The notes beneath the pieces are model-generated. The model saw nothing but the letters and a program-made list of their open reading frames with translations, had not been told where the DNA came from and made no database searches. Below, piece by piece: positions 54,279-64,000 of a stretch of DNA of 64,000 nt. Position 1 is the stretch's first letter; each line of letters starts with the position of its first letter. This DNA is from Amoebophrya sp. A120 (lineage: Eukaryota > Protista > Dinoflagellata): NCBI GenBank assembly GCA_905178155.1, contig CAJINV010000004.1, positions 2,564,228 to 2,628,227 on the forward strand, given 5' to 3'. The position numbers and the translations under genes are program-made.

Positions 54279-57200
54279 TCATTCTATATAGCCAAGACGC
54301 GGTCGTGGTCCAACTCCGCCAGTTTCGCCATGGTCCAATAACTGCTGCCGACCCGCTCTCTCGGTGCCGTTCGCCATCAAAACGTTCCGACTGGACATCG
54401 CAACCACGCCATCACCTCCTCTACTACTTCGCGAGGACCCTGCTTGGTGCTCTTGGGCCACTGCCCTACTTCTTCGCCCATTCACTGCGGTCAAGTACGC
54501 CACCAAATCCCCCACCGTCTCGCACCGAACGATGTTTGCCAATCGCACATCACAATCTATGGTGTTCTCAACTGTTACATTCTCAACTGTTACATGGATT
54601 TGTCATGCAAAACCACCTTAAGCCGCCAGATGGTCAAGCTGCTTCGCATGACAAATCTCCGAAGGGCTAGCCAGCATGTAAATCTGTACCAAATCTGTGA
54701 TGCGAAAGCAGCAAGTTTACCCCTTCGATCGTCATGGTTCTTGCATTACAAATTCATGTAACAATTGAGAATGTAACGTTTGAGAACTCCATACAATCCG
54801 GGAAATGGGAGCGAAGAACCCCGGTGAACGCGGTGGTGCCGAAACTGTCGAGCCCCAGCTCGTATGAATTGCAAAAGCATCGCAGCACTTCTAGTAGTGA
54901 TTGCAATACAAACACAAACTGGCTCAGCATTACAAATTGAATTTGTGATGCGGATTTGCCTTAGGAACTAGATTTGTAATGCATAACTGCAATTAGTACG
55001 AGTACGATACTTTTGCACAGGATAGCTCGTCGAGACGAGAAGCACTATCCACGATCGCACCGGTCAGCTGGCGGAGGAGTTCGGCCAGGCGGGTGTGCGT
55101 AGAGTTGGTGTAGTGCTGAAAAACTTCTGTGCGAGGAGGACCCGGTAATACACTTCCTGCGGCTGCCGCCAGAGGGTAGTTGTTCATTTCCACTTGCATT
55201 CTATCGCGTCCACCCAGGCCGATCGCTGCGGACTGATAATTGGTAGTGAACGTACTAACACCAAGTTGTTCTACTTGTCCATCTTGTTCTCCTCCCATAG
55301 GCGCGTAAAGCGACGTGCTTCCCGCAGTCCCTCCCGCCCGCGGACAACAGTCGCCGCCGGTCCCGAGCAAAGACGCCCAGCAGTCGCCGCAACAGTTGCA
55401 CTGGACTTTCATGAACTTGATGCCGATGCTCGCGATGAAGCCGTTGGAAAGCAAAAAGTTCAGGAAAGACGCCGCGAGCATGGTCAAGAGAATCACGATC
55501 AGGGTCTCGCTGTAGGCTTCCACCGGCCAGGGGTGGCCGGCGGCGTTGTGCCACCACCATTCGCGGTTGGTCGTGCCGCGGGTCAGAAACCAGTAGTACC
55601 AAGCGACGTTGTAGTGCAACAGGTACATGGGATAGGCCTGAGTATTTTTCAGGTGGTGTTTTGATGTTCTCAAATATTTTATTCCCAGGAAGTTCAATAA
55701 CGATGTGGAAGAAAAAAGAACCACCGCAGGAAGAATTCCAAGTCGTAGGCGCTCGAGAAAAAACTAAGAGAGACACCAGACAACTAGACAAGCAGATGAA
55801 CAAGATGCGGATCACTTCTACTTACACAAGTTAAGCGCCTTAATACCAGCGGCGCCAAGTATTTTGCAATCACCATGCCGTTCCAGGTTGTCAGCGCTCG
55901 ATAGGTGAGACTTCGGTTCCCGATCCCCGCGAGACCCAGGAACCAGACCAGCAGAAACGGGGTGATCAGCCGACACGTGCCGAACCAAAACTGCGTCTCC
56001 GTGAGCCAGCGCCCGTCCATCCAGGGGCCAATGTCGTGGCGCTTCTGGTCCGCCGAGTCGATCAGATATTGCTCGTAGGAAACATTGTCACGATCATCTT
56101 CGGAATAACAAATCCTGCCGCCCTATCCCGTGTAAAAACGTCCCCACGACCCCAGAGTTGTCATGCAGTTCTGCACGCCAAAAAGCCTTCTCATGCGGAG
56201 CTCTATGAGAAAGAGAAGCGCTCTCTCTTTGTGTTTTGGAATTTGTGATGCTAGAATCAGCATGCTATGCTAGATCTGTGATGCTTCTGAACTAGCTGAA
56301 CAGGATCACACTACGAGGACAAACGTGTCATGCCAAACAACCAAAGGTGGCTGATTTGTCTAGCAGAGTTCCCATCTTGACTCTGGTGTGGGGACGTTTT
56401 TAATCAGAATACGCCCGCTCGTCGCTTTTCGTCTTCCGCGTCCGGTTTTGGCGGCAGCCAGGCACACGTGTCGTTGGCGTTCACATAGAAAGCGAGGAAC
56501 AGGAAAAAGCAAGAGATTGCGTCCGTGAGAAAGGCCCAGAGGACGGAATTCGTGTACCACGGGAACAGACGAATTGCATCTTGACCACTTCTACTACCGC
56601 TGATTGGCGGCCCATGCATGGAGATCACTCCGACGTTCGTTCCTGTTCCGGCTGGCTGATCTTGGGCTGCTGCTGAATTGTTTGTTGCTCTCTCCTCGTC
56701 CATAGAGCCATGATCTGCAGAGAGAGCAATTCGTTGCTCGTCTAAAACTCTGCTTCTGGTCGCACTTCTGCTCATCTGAGGCTCAGAATTTATTTGCATT
56801 TCCTTTTTCTTCCGTGCTTGCACCGCCGGGAGAAACACCGCTTCGTGCAGTTTCCAAGTCAACTATCCAGGAAAAAACACCCATCCCCATCCATTTTTTG
56901 CATGACAAATAGTGGAACTTAGGCACGTTTTGCATGACAAATTGGATGGGGATGGGTGTTTTTTCCTGGATATCAACACCGCGGTGACGAACATCGGGCC
57001 CCAGCTGAAAATCAGAAACGTCGCGATAAACAGGCCTCGGAAGATCAACGGCACCATGACAAACGTCGCAGCAGTATCAAGCAAAATAGTGTTAGCGTTA
57101 ACGGTTTTCACAGATGTTAGTCATGCATTACAAATTTTGCCTTACATGCATGCTACGCAATACAAATTTGGGTGCCTTGTTTTCTGATGCATTACTGCAT

Positions 57201-60200
57201 CACAAATTCCGTTAACGTTAACGCTTTTCACTTTGATAAGCAGCGCCGGTGAGACAGCAGGCGTAGAACGTTTTCGCTTTATCGACCGGCGTTCTACTGC
57301 TGGTCGTCGAAACAGGACGACTTTGTCCCATGGAAAAAAACGCCGGGTGGTAGTGGAACTCGCTTGAGATCACTTCGTCCAAGCAGGGGAAACAGCACAA
57401 GAAACAGTAGTAGTTCGCCTGAAACCAGTATGACAGTGCACAGGTCCCCCTCGTTCTCATTTGTCATGCAAAGTCCACAATCCAGTCGCTTCGCTTCCTT
57501 GGGGCACTGTTTGCATGGCAAATTCCGGCGGAAGCCCAAACAGCACTACAACACTAGGCACACATCAAATTTGTCATGCAGAGGCGCCACGTGTGCTGGT
57601 GTTTGTACTGCTGTTCATGCAAAAATACAAACGAGGGGGACATGCATGGGGGATTGTGCACTCTCATAACCAGGCCACGGGATTGAAGGGTGCGACGAAG
57701 ATGGCGGGCCAAAACCCGGTGAGGAAGATTAACAACTGGATCGGCACCGCATATGCATTGCAAATATGTCTGGGTCTGGTGGGTTGGCACTTGTGATGCT
57801 AAGTTTGGATTCTAAAAAATGAAAATCTGTATTGCGTGACCAGCAAGAGGAGTCCAGTTTGCGCTACGCGGGGAGGTCATTTGTCATGCGGAACAGGCAT
57901 CAGGAAGGCCTCTATAAATCTGTGATGCTAGGTCATGCATTAGCATTACAGACATCCTGGGTCATGCAAAATATGCATGAGAAATCTCGGATTCTTCCAG
58001 ACCCAGACATATTTGCAGTTGATACCGCAATCCAATACACAACCGCATTCTCCGCCTGCTTGCAGTCCCCCGGGGGGCAGCGGATGAAGAAGCTCGGTAA
58101 CGCGAAGATGGTCGAGAGGATGTAGAGACTGTGCGCCAGGCCAATTCGGTTGATGTAGTAATCTCTCCGTTCCCTTTTCTCGATGGGCTTTCGTGCGGAC
58201 CCGCGGGCGGTGAAAAACGCCGCCAGGAAGCTGAAGGCCGACATGTCCATGCTGAGGCTCTGGAGCTTCGCGGTGAACTCGGTTGGCATGCGCCCGACGT
58301 GGAGCTGAATCACCCAGCACGCGAATAGAAACCGAACTGCGCGCAGCGCCGGATAGGAGCCGCCGGTGGAGAGAAGTTGTAGTTTCGGTGGTCCTTGATA
58401 GAGATAGGGGGCTAGAGGATATGATAAAGTTGTTGCAGAAGAAGCCGAGCCGCTCAAAGCATAGGGCGGCGCGTAGAAGTTCTCAACTGGTCGTGGTGCC
58501 AACATATTCTCTCCATTCTGATGAAGAACAGCGTGGGACGACAGCGCGCCTACAACCGGAGTCGCCGTATTGTATGCCACATGGTACGGAGAACTGCTGT
58601 AGTAGACGCTCCCGCTCGACGGCTGCACTTGCACCACGTGCTGCATAATTTGCGGCTGCGCGACCAGCTGCTGCTGTGGAACAACTCCGCCCCTATCAAC
58701 GAGTGGATTCGGCCTCATCCGGTCGAGGTACCGTTCTGGTGGCAGGCCGAGGACGGTCGGTACCGAATTCCAGTGGTACACAAAGTCAAAGTCGTCCCGA
58801 GTTGTACTAGAAGCCATGATTGCTGCTCTCGCTGCCTCCATGATTCCGTGCGTCCGATGCAGAATGCGGTCTCGCGTCGCGCCGTTGGCGTCGGAGACGC
58901 AAAAGGCGAAGGGTTCGGCATTATGCGGCATCCCCGGCGGCGCAGAAGATGATGCACCTACTGCGGAGGTCCTTGTCGTAATATTACTACCCTCTGCAAC
59001 TACCGCACTTGTTGGACTGCGCGGCCTACTACCTGACGGCAAAATCGGGACTGCACGACCTACAACTGGGGCTCCAACCGAGGGCCGGAACGGGGCTGGC
59101 GTTCTCATGGGCAGCCCTGCAACATCTCCTTCGCCTGTTCTTGGCTGGTGCTGTTCAGCAAGTCTCTGTCCGGGAGGCCGGAAGAACATGCGCGGGTACG
59201 CAGATGCCTGTGCAGCACCGAGGCCTACCGCCGCTCGCTCGACGAAATTTTCGTACGCGCGGCCACGAATCATTTTTCCGGTCTTCGTGATCACGGGAAA
59301 AAGGGCCGTTTCGTTCGCCAGGAAAATCACGGCGGCTTTTCGCGGCGCGGCCACCCCACGGTTCACGGTTTGCGCGAGCAGTTTTCCGAGTGTCAGAAGC
59401 AAGTCGTGGAGACGGAGCTCGATTTTCGTCTTCGCAGAAGAAGACTCATTTGCACGACTTCTTGCAGGAGCTTCGTCACCTCCTGCTCCACCCGCGGAAA
59501 TACTTTCCACGCTGCACTCGTTCAATAACAAGCTGCTCATTGCTTCTGTAGGCAAAACGAAGCACAGTCCGAGCTCCTCGCCGTAGACCACACTCGGCGT
59601 CGCAAAGGCCAGAGCGCGAAACTGTTTTCGGTACTTCACGAGACAGCGCTTGGCAGTAGTGAGGACGACGTTTGAGTAGTCTAAGGGAGCTGTTACACGA
59701 CCTTCTGCTGCGCTTTGTAAGGCTCCTCCTGGGCGGTCAAGTGGTGCCATCAACTCGTGGTCGACTAAAGCCACCGCTTGGTCCGCCCGCTTTTCCGCGT
59801 CAAACAAGTTCACCTGTTCGCCACCTCGTTTCAGCACGTCTCGGATCCGCCTATCAAATGCCAAAGTAACGCACTCGTACCAATTGCGTTTATGCATTAC
59901 AAATCTTTATTTTGCTAAGGCAAATCCGCATTTACAAATTGGATTTGTAATGCTAAGTCAATTTGTAATGCAATTCATACTAGTACAAGTACGATGCTTT
60001 TGCAATTCATACCGCCCGCGCAGGTGCAAATTTCCTTCCGCATCGAGTTTGCCCAGGTCGCCGGTACGGAACCAATCGTCCTGGCCTGCACTAGCAACCA
60101 CCCGGGGCCCCCTGACGCAAATTTCCCCGACTTTCCCGACGGGAAGATCCACGAGGGGAAAGGGGGTGGAAGTAACGACACTGGCATCGGTCAACGTTAA

Positions 60201-62748
60201 GACCACTGGCTCCTCCTCCGGATCGTTCTGTTCGTTGTTCACAGAGAATGAACCAGCAGTAGATTCGACGCTTTTATCAACTGCGGCGATGATTTTCAAT
60301 TCCATGCCGGGCAGGACTTTTCCGACAGATTCCAATTGTGCGGGGTTGGGATTTTTGTCCTCATTGATTATTGCATCTTGGCCTTGTACTTGATGTTGAA
60401 GATGTTGGCCAGCTTGTTGATCTCCTCCTTCTGGCTCCATTGATGTTCTTGCCTTCAACATGGTTCTCCATTCTCCTACCGCCGGCGAGCAGATCGGCAT
60501 GGCCTCCGTCATTCCATAGGTTGAGAAAACCGGAACGCGTAGCAACCTCCGCAGGGCCTGGATCTGCTTGAAGTGAAGCCGCGCAGACGCCGACCGGACG
60601 AAGCGAAGATTGTGACGGCCTTGCAAAATTTGCTGCACGACAGAGACATCTTCAGAGGGGTTTTTTGTCATGCTAAAAACTCCGTTCTTTATCGCTTGCG
60701 CACCAGCTACTTCTTCTTGTTCCAGCGTCAGGAGGATTTGGCGGTGCATGGTTGGGACGGCGTAGTACCAGGTGATGCCCCGTTCCACGACAGCGTGAAG
60801 AAAGTCGTGACAGTTGAACTTCGACAGGAGACCCACTCGTCTATCAAATGCAAATATGTCTGGCTCTGGGTCTGGAAACCTGTAATGCTTATATGGTCAT
60901 GAGTGAGTGCGCCTCTAAGTGCAGTATTGCATGACAAATTTTTCAAACGCTTTCTCATAGTCATAGTGCTTAGTGCGCACGACAAACAAACTGCGCTTTT
61001 TCATACCGAAACTGTGGCGCTTTTGTTGCTTTTACGCAATACAGATTTTTTTGTAGTCCTGGGCACGCAATACAAGTTCAACCTTTCCAGACGCTGACAT
61101 ATTTGCATTTCATATCGCCCCCCGGACTCCAAAACCGCGAGGAGGTTGCAGGCAATGCCGCCAATGTGGAACAGGGGCAACGCGTTTAAGCACCGATCGC
61201 TTGTGCGCAGGTCCAAAGAGTCCGCAATCGCTTTTGCCGACAGTCGCAGCTGGGGGGCTGAATACGTGACCAGTTTTGGTTCCCCCGTGGTGGTGCCCGA
61301 TGTGGGGAGGAGGAGGACTGGAGGCTGAGTACTAGTTGCAACACGGTCTGTCTGCTCGTTTTTCTTGTCGGCGCTGAGAGTCTTTGATGTCCAGGTAGGA
61401 AATGGCGGCACCGGTCGTGTTCGTTTGTAGTTTTTGTTTTGCACGACGCAGTCCACGTAAAGAGAAAACTCTTCTTCTTTAATATTCCCCGCAGTTGTTC
61501 CGCTTCCGTCTACTCCTTCCCCATATCTTCTTCGTGCGCTCTCGTCTACCTGTGCATCAATCTTCGTAGTAGAGGCACGCGGGAGTCCGAGGGAGAAATT
61601 CGCGGCGAGCATCGGTAGATCGATGTGCGCACCATCTTCGCTTGTTGTGCTTCGTTGCGTCGAGGCCAAATGGAGTTGCTTCACCACATCTCGGATTCCC
61701 ACTATGCAGTGGCAGCGGAACACGCTGTTGGCTTGGTGCATCACGTCCGGCAGGGGGCCACGGGCGTCGATCGGACAGGCGATGAAATGAACGCGTCTGT
61801 ATGTAGTTGCTGGGGATCTTTTCGGAGTAGATTTTTGTCCTTCTGTGATCATGTCCTCGTGCAGCTCAACCGACGAAGCACGCTTGCTGGTGTCCTCGTC
61901 CATCTTTGCTGTGCCCGTTTCGCTTATCGTCTTTAATAGTGCAGGCTGGTAAAACAACGAGAGGAGCAAAAGTACCTCCTGGACCGCAATTGAAAGGCTG
62001 TTTTGCGGAGAAGAGCTTGTTTCTTTTTGCAGATGTTCGTTTTCCTCCGCAACAAGATTCGGTTCTTTGGCTTCTCCGCCGATCAGGACGCCGATGCGGA
62101 TAACGAGGACACGATGATCGTCATCTTCTTCATCATCTATGACAGTGCACAACTACTCCCCCTCCCCCTCATCTGTATAGCATGAACGGCAATACAAGCA
62201 TCAGCAAGAATGCCGGTTTTGCATGACAGATTTGCACTGGAGTATAGTCCTACTTGGGCTACCAGAACTTGTCATGCACACAGAGCCAAGAGGCAAAGGG
62301 TGGATTGGGTATTTGACATGACAAACGAGGGGGAGGGGGGGTTATGCACTGTCATATCATCCTTGTTCCGACCGCTGGGCGAAGGAGACTTTGCAGGAGC
62401 TTTATCCGCGACATCTCTTTCAGCACCGGACAAGCCCACCTGCTCCGCAGCCTCGGCACCAGCATCTCGAGACGCCGTTTTTCCTCCGAGGAACAAGAAG
62501 TCCTCGTGTAGTGTCTGACCGCGCAAGGCATCAGAAACTGCTTCGGCGAGAGCGTTTCTGTGGAGAAACTCCGCGAGAACAGGGTAGCTGACATTGCACG
62601 TTGGGTCGTTTGAGTCCTGCAGAGCAACGTGGTGCGGATCTCGCAGTGCGACGGATAGAGCATTTTTCTCCTGTTGTACCAGTCCACCTGCAAGCGGTGC
62701 TCCGGCCAGCCGCAGTGGGCTCTCGTCTTGTGTGGTGGAGGGAGGCAT
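54279..62748 (-). CDS. ~2028-aa fusion: acyl-AMP/CoA ligase (Pcs60/AAE3-like) + acyltransferase-3 multi-TM domain + C-terminal phosphopantetheine carrier domain; 10 introners plus canonical intron 55638-55846
   Basis: Ligase: PTSGTTTGEPK, LPLFHIGG, WYYAVPTM, YGMTEA, GEICVRGP, WFRTGDLG, GRIRDVLKRGGE, TKTGK. AT3: LRAVRFLFACWVIQLH, YYINRI, NPVAWFQANYYCFLCCFP, LAYPMYLLH. Carrier: LDELGLDSFG..TVGDLVAYL. Spliced length 6087 nt, open frame. Confidence 0.8.
54558..54793. mobile_element. Introner family D (reverse orientation)
   Basis: TATGGTGTTCTCAACTG...GTTTGAGAACTCCATA; DR CAATC. Confidence 0.9.
54863..55024. mobile_element. Introner family A (reverse orientation)
   Basis: TATGAATTGCAAAAGCATCG...CGATACTTTTGCACAGGATA; DR GCTCG; splits LDEL-GLDS. 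Confidence 0.9.
56124..56411. mobile_element. Introner family G (single copy)
   Basis: TATCCCGTGTAAAAACGTCCCCAC...GTGGGGACGTTTTTAATCAGAATA; DR CGCCC. Confidence 0.88.
56864..56972. mobile_element. Introner family H: minimal 109-bp element
   Basis: Perfect 30-bp TIR TATCCAGGAAAAAACACCCATCCCCATCCA; DR TCAAC. Confidence 0.92.
57075..57238. mobile_element. Introner family I (single copy)
   Basis: TATCAAGCAAAATAGTGTTAGCGTTAACGG...CCGTTAACGTTAACGCTTTTCACTTTGATA; DR AGCAG. Confidence 0.88.
57429..57668. mobile_element. Introner family B
   Basis: TATGACAGTGCACA...TGTGCACTCTCATA; DR ACCAG; opposite orientation to 32989. Confidence 0.9.
57752..58024. mobile_element. Introner family C
   Basis: TATGCATTGCAAATATGTCTGGG...CCCAGACATATTTGCAGTTGATA; DR CCGCA. 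Confidence 0.9.
59852..60011. mobile_element. Introner family A body with a C-type left tip
   Basis: TATCAAATGCCAAAGTAACG...CGATGCTTTTGCAATTCATA; DR CCGCC; splits LRGR-IRD. Confidence 0.9.
60842..61114. mobile_element. Introner family C
   Basis: TATCAAATGCAAATATGTC...GACATATTTGCATTTCATA; DR TCGTC/TCGCC. Confidence 0.9.
62138..62356. mobile_element. Introner family B
   Basis: TATGACAGTGCACAAC...GTTATGCACTGTCATA; DR TCATC; close relative of 19453 and 39953. Confidence 0.9.
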
Positions 62749-63726
62749 GGTCTTCAGCTGGATTTGCAGCGTTCGACGGCAGCACCACTACAACCAAGGC
62801 AGTTCAGCGAATGGCTAGGTGTGGTCCTTACAAGTGGGCGTGTGCGCCATCTTGCTCTTGCACTTGCTATCGCCGGTAACATCTAAATTGTCTAAGGGAT
62901 AGGGATACAGATGAACATTATTTTTACGATGGTTCAATCTCAATCAACAACACGAGGACGCGGCCTTGTGCTCCCACTGACGTTGTGCGAGGTCGTTTGC
63001 CGGTGCCGGGTCCAGCGATATCAGAACTCGTGAGGCAAGTACGAATAGAAGCAGTGCCATAATTCACGAAGGCATGGGTCAACATGTAGTGTGAAAATGT
63101 TACATGAGGTCCTGAAGGAGCCAGCGCCAGCAGAACGAAGCAGACTTTAAGTGCAAGCGACAAGTGAAACGAAAGAATGATGTGCACCACAAAAATTAAA
63201 TGTTGACATTGACATTTGATGCCTCGTTTGGGTATGTTGAAAGTCTCTCTTGACTCCTGCTCCAGAGTCAGACCTAATCCGAAACATCCGACGCACCAGA
63301 CACTATCAAGCGCCATCAGAATCTTCAATACGAACATCGATGCGAAGATCAAGAACACGATGATGTTGATGTGTTTCGCCTTGGATTAAATTCTGCGTTT
63401 GCAGCGACGTCCTCGCCATGGTCAGGTATACACCAGAAAAAGATAAAAACTCATTAAATTATATCCACGACGACTACGTGGACGTACCGTTCTCGTCCAT
63501 CATCGATTTGGATTTTCTTTTCCATACACAAGCGCACAGTTTCTGCATGATACATTCATTATTCGTTGGCCATTCGTCGTGTGTTTCATTTTCATTGATG
63601 CAGAACATGGGAGGTCGAAAAACCCTCCTTTCATGAGGTCAAGAACCATCAATCAATCCACGAGCAGCGCAACAGGACAACTTGCAAGAAGTAGCCGAGT
63701 GCATCAAGTCCACCATAGCTTACAAC

Positions 63727-64000
63727 TCAGCCTGCCCGCAGCGGACTGTTGACGACTACTTCCGGATTGATTCCCGCGTTTTTTGCTTGGATTTCGGCTA
63801 ACACATTTCGCCCCACCTTCGGCTTCTTCCACTTCGCCAAGATTTCGTCCACAATGTGTTGGTTTTCCTGCAGTTCCGCACTGTCAAACGCGGTTTTTCC
63901 GTCGCTTTCCGCCTTCAAGTACGGATCCGCGCCGTGGTTCAGGAGTATCTTGATCGTGGATGTCCGGCCCGCCCGGCAGGCGGCGTTCAGCGCTTCGGTC
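63727..64000 (-). CDS. Ankyrin-repeat protein, C-terminal part
   Basis: Frame open from the window edge: ALNAACRAGRTSTIKILLNHGADPYLKAESDGKTAFDSA. Confidence 0.75.
   Translation of the reverse strand, partial: TEALNAACRAGRTSTIKILLNHGADPYLKAESDGKTAFDSAELQENQHIVDEILAKWKKPKVGRNVLAEIQAKNAGINPEVVVNSPLRAG

Noticed and set aside
26945-62748. Treating fragmented ORFs as transposon-disrupted pseudogenes
   Set aside because: Every element removal restores the frame, spliced lengths are multiples of three (except the one IRG frameshift) and no stops accumulate in exons.
62924-63358. 144-aa hydrophobic ORF
   Set aside because: No motif, intergenic composition and non-ATG start; cannot be supported.
1-64000. 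tRNA, rRNA or relic dinoflagellate spliced-leader sequences
   Set aside because: No convincing match seen by eye; tRNAscan-SE or Infernal would be needed to exclude them.

Overview
Eukaryotic nuclear DNA. Every recognisable gene lies on the minus strand. The one-strand gene cluster, the TTTAGGG tract and the mass of non-canonical hairpin introns point by inference to the parasitic dinoflagellate lineage Amoebophrya (Syndiniales), where such 'introner' elements are known. I located by eye 38 short TIR elements in at least 9 sequence families, all inside coding sequence. All end in ATA, 36 start with TAT (two with CAT), and each is flanked by a 5-bp direct repeat. Removing each element plus one repeat copy restores the reading frame in every case. 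None can be drawn as GT-AG, and the four larger families (A-D) occur in both orientations. Two carry large nested insertions: a 5.7-kb Helitron-like piece with a 93-bp satellite and a 2.3-kb hAT-like MITE. With these removed, the genes are: an unknown protein, a Cid1/TUTase, a divergent F1-ATPase-alpha-like protein, a giant membrane LCAT/PDAT-like protein, a secreted WSC/coiled-coil protein (13 introners), OXNAD1, NADAR, an IRG-like GTPase with a +1 frameshift, a 5.3-5.5 kb tandem duplication carrying a multi-pass membrane gene, EIPR1/TSSC1, a ~2028-aa acyl-AMP ligase + acyltransferase-3 + carrier-protein fusion, and an ankyrin gene end. A CACTA-like MITE lies at 15138-16769. All coordinates were read by hand and protein assignments rest on motif recognition, not database searches.
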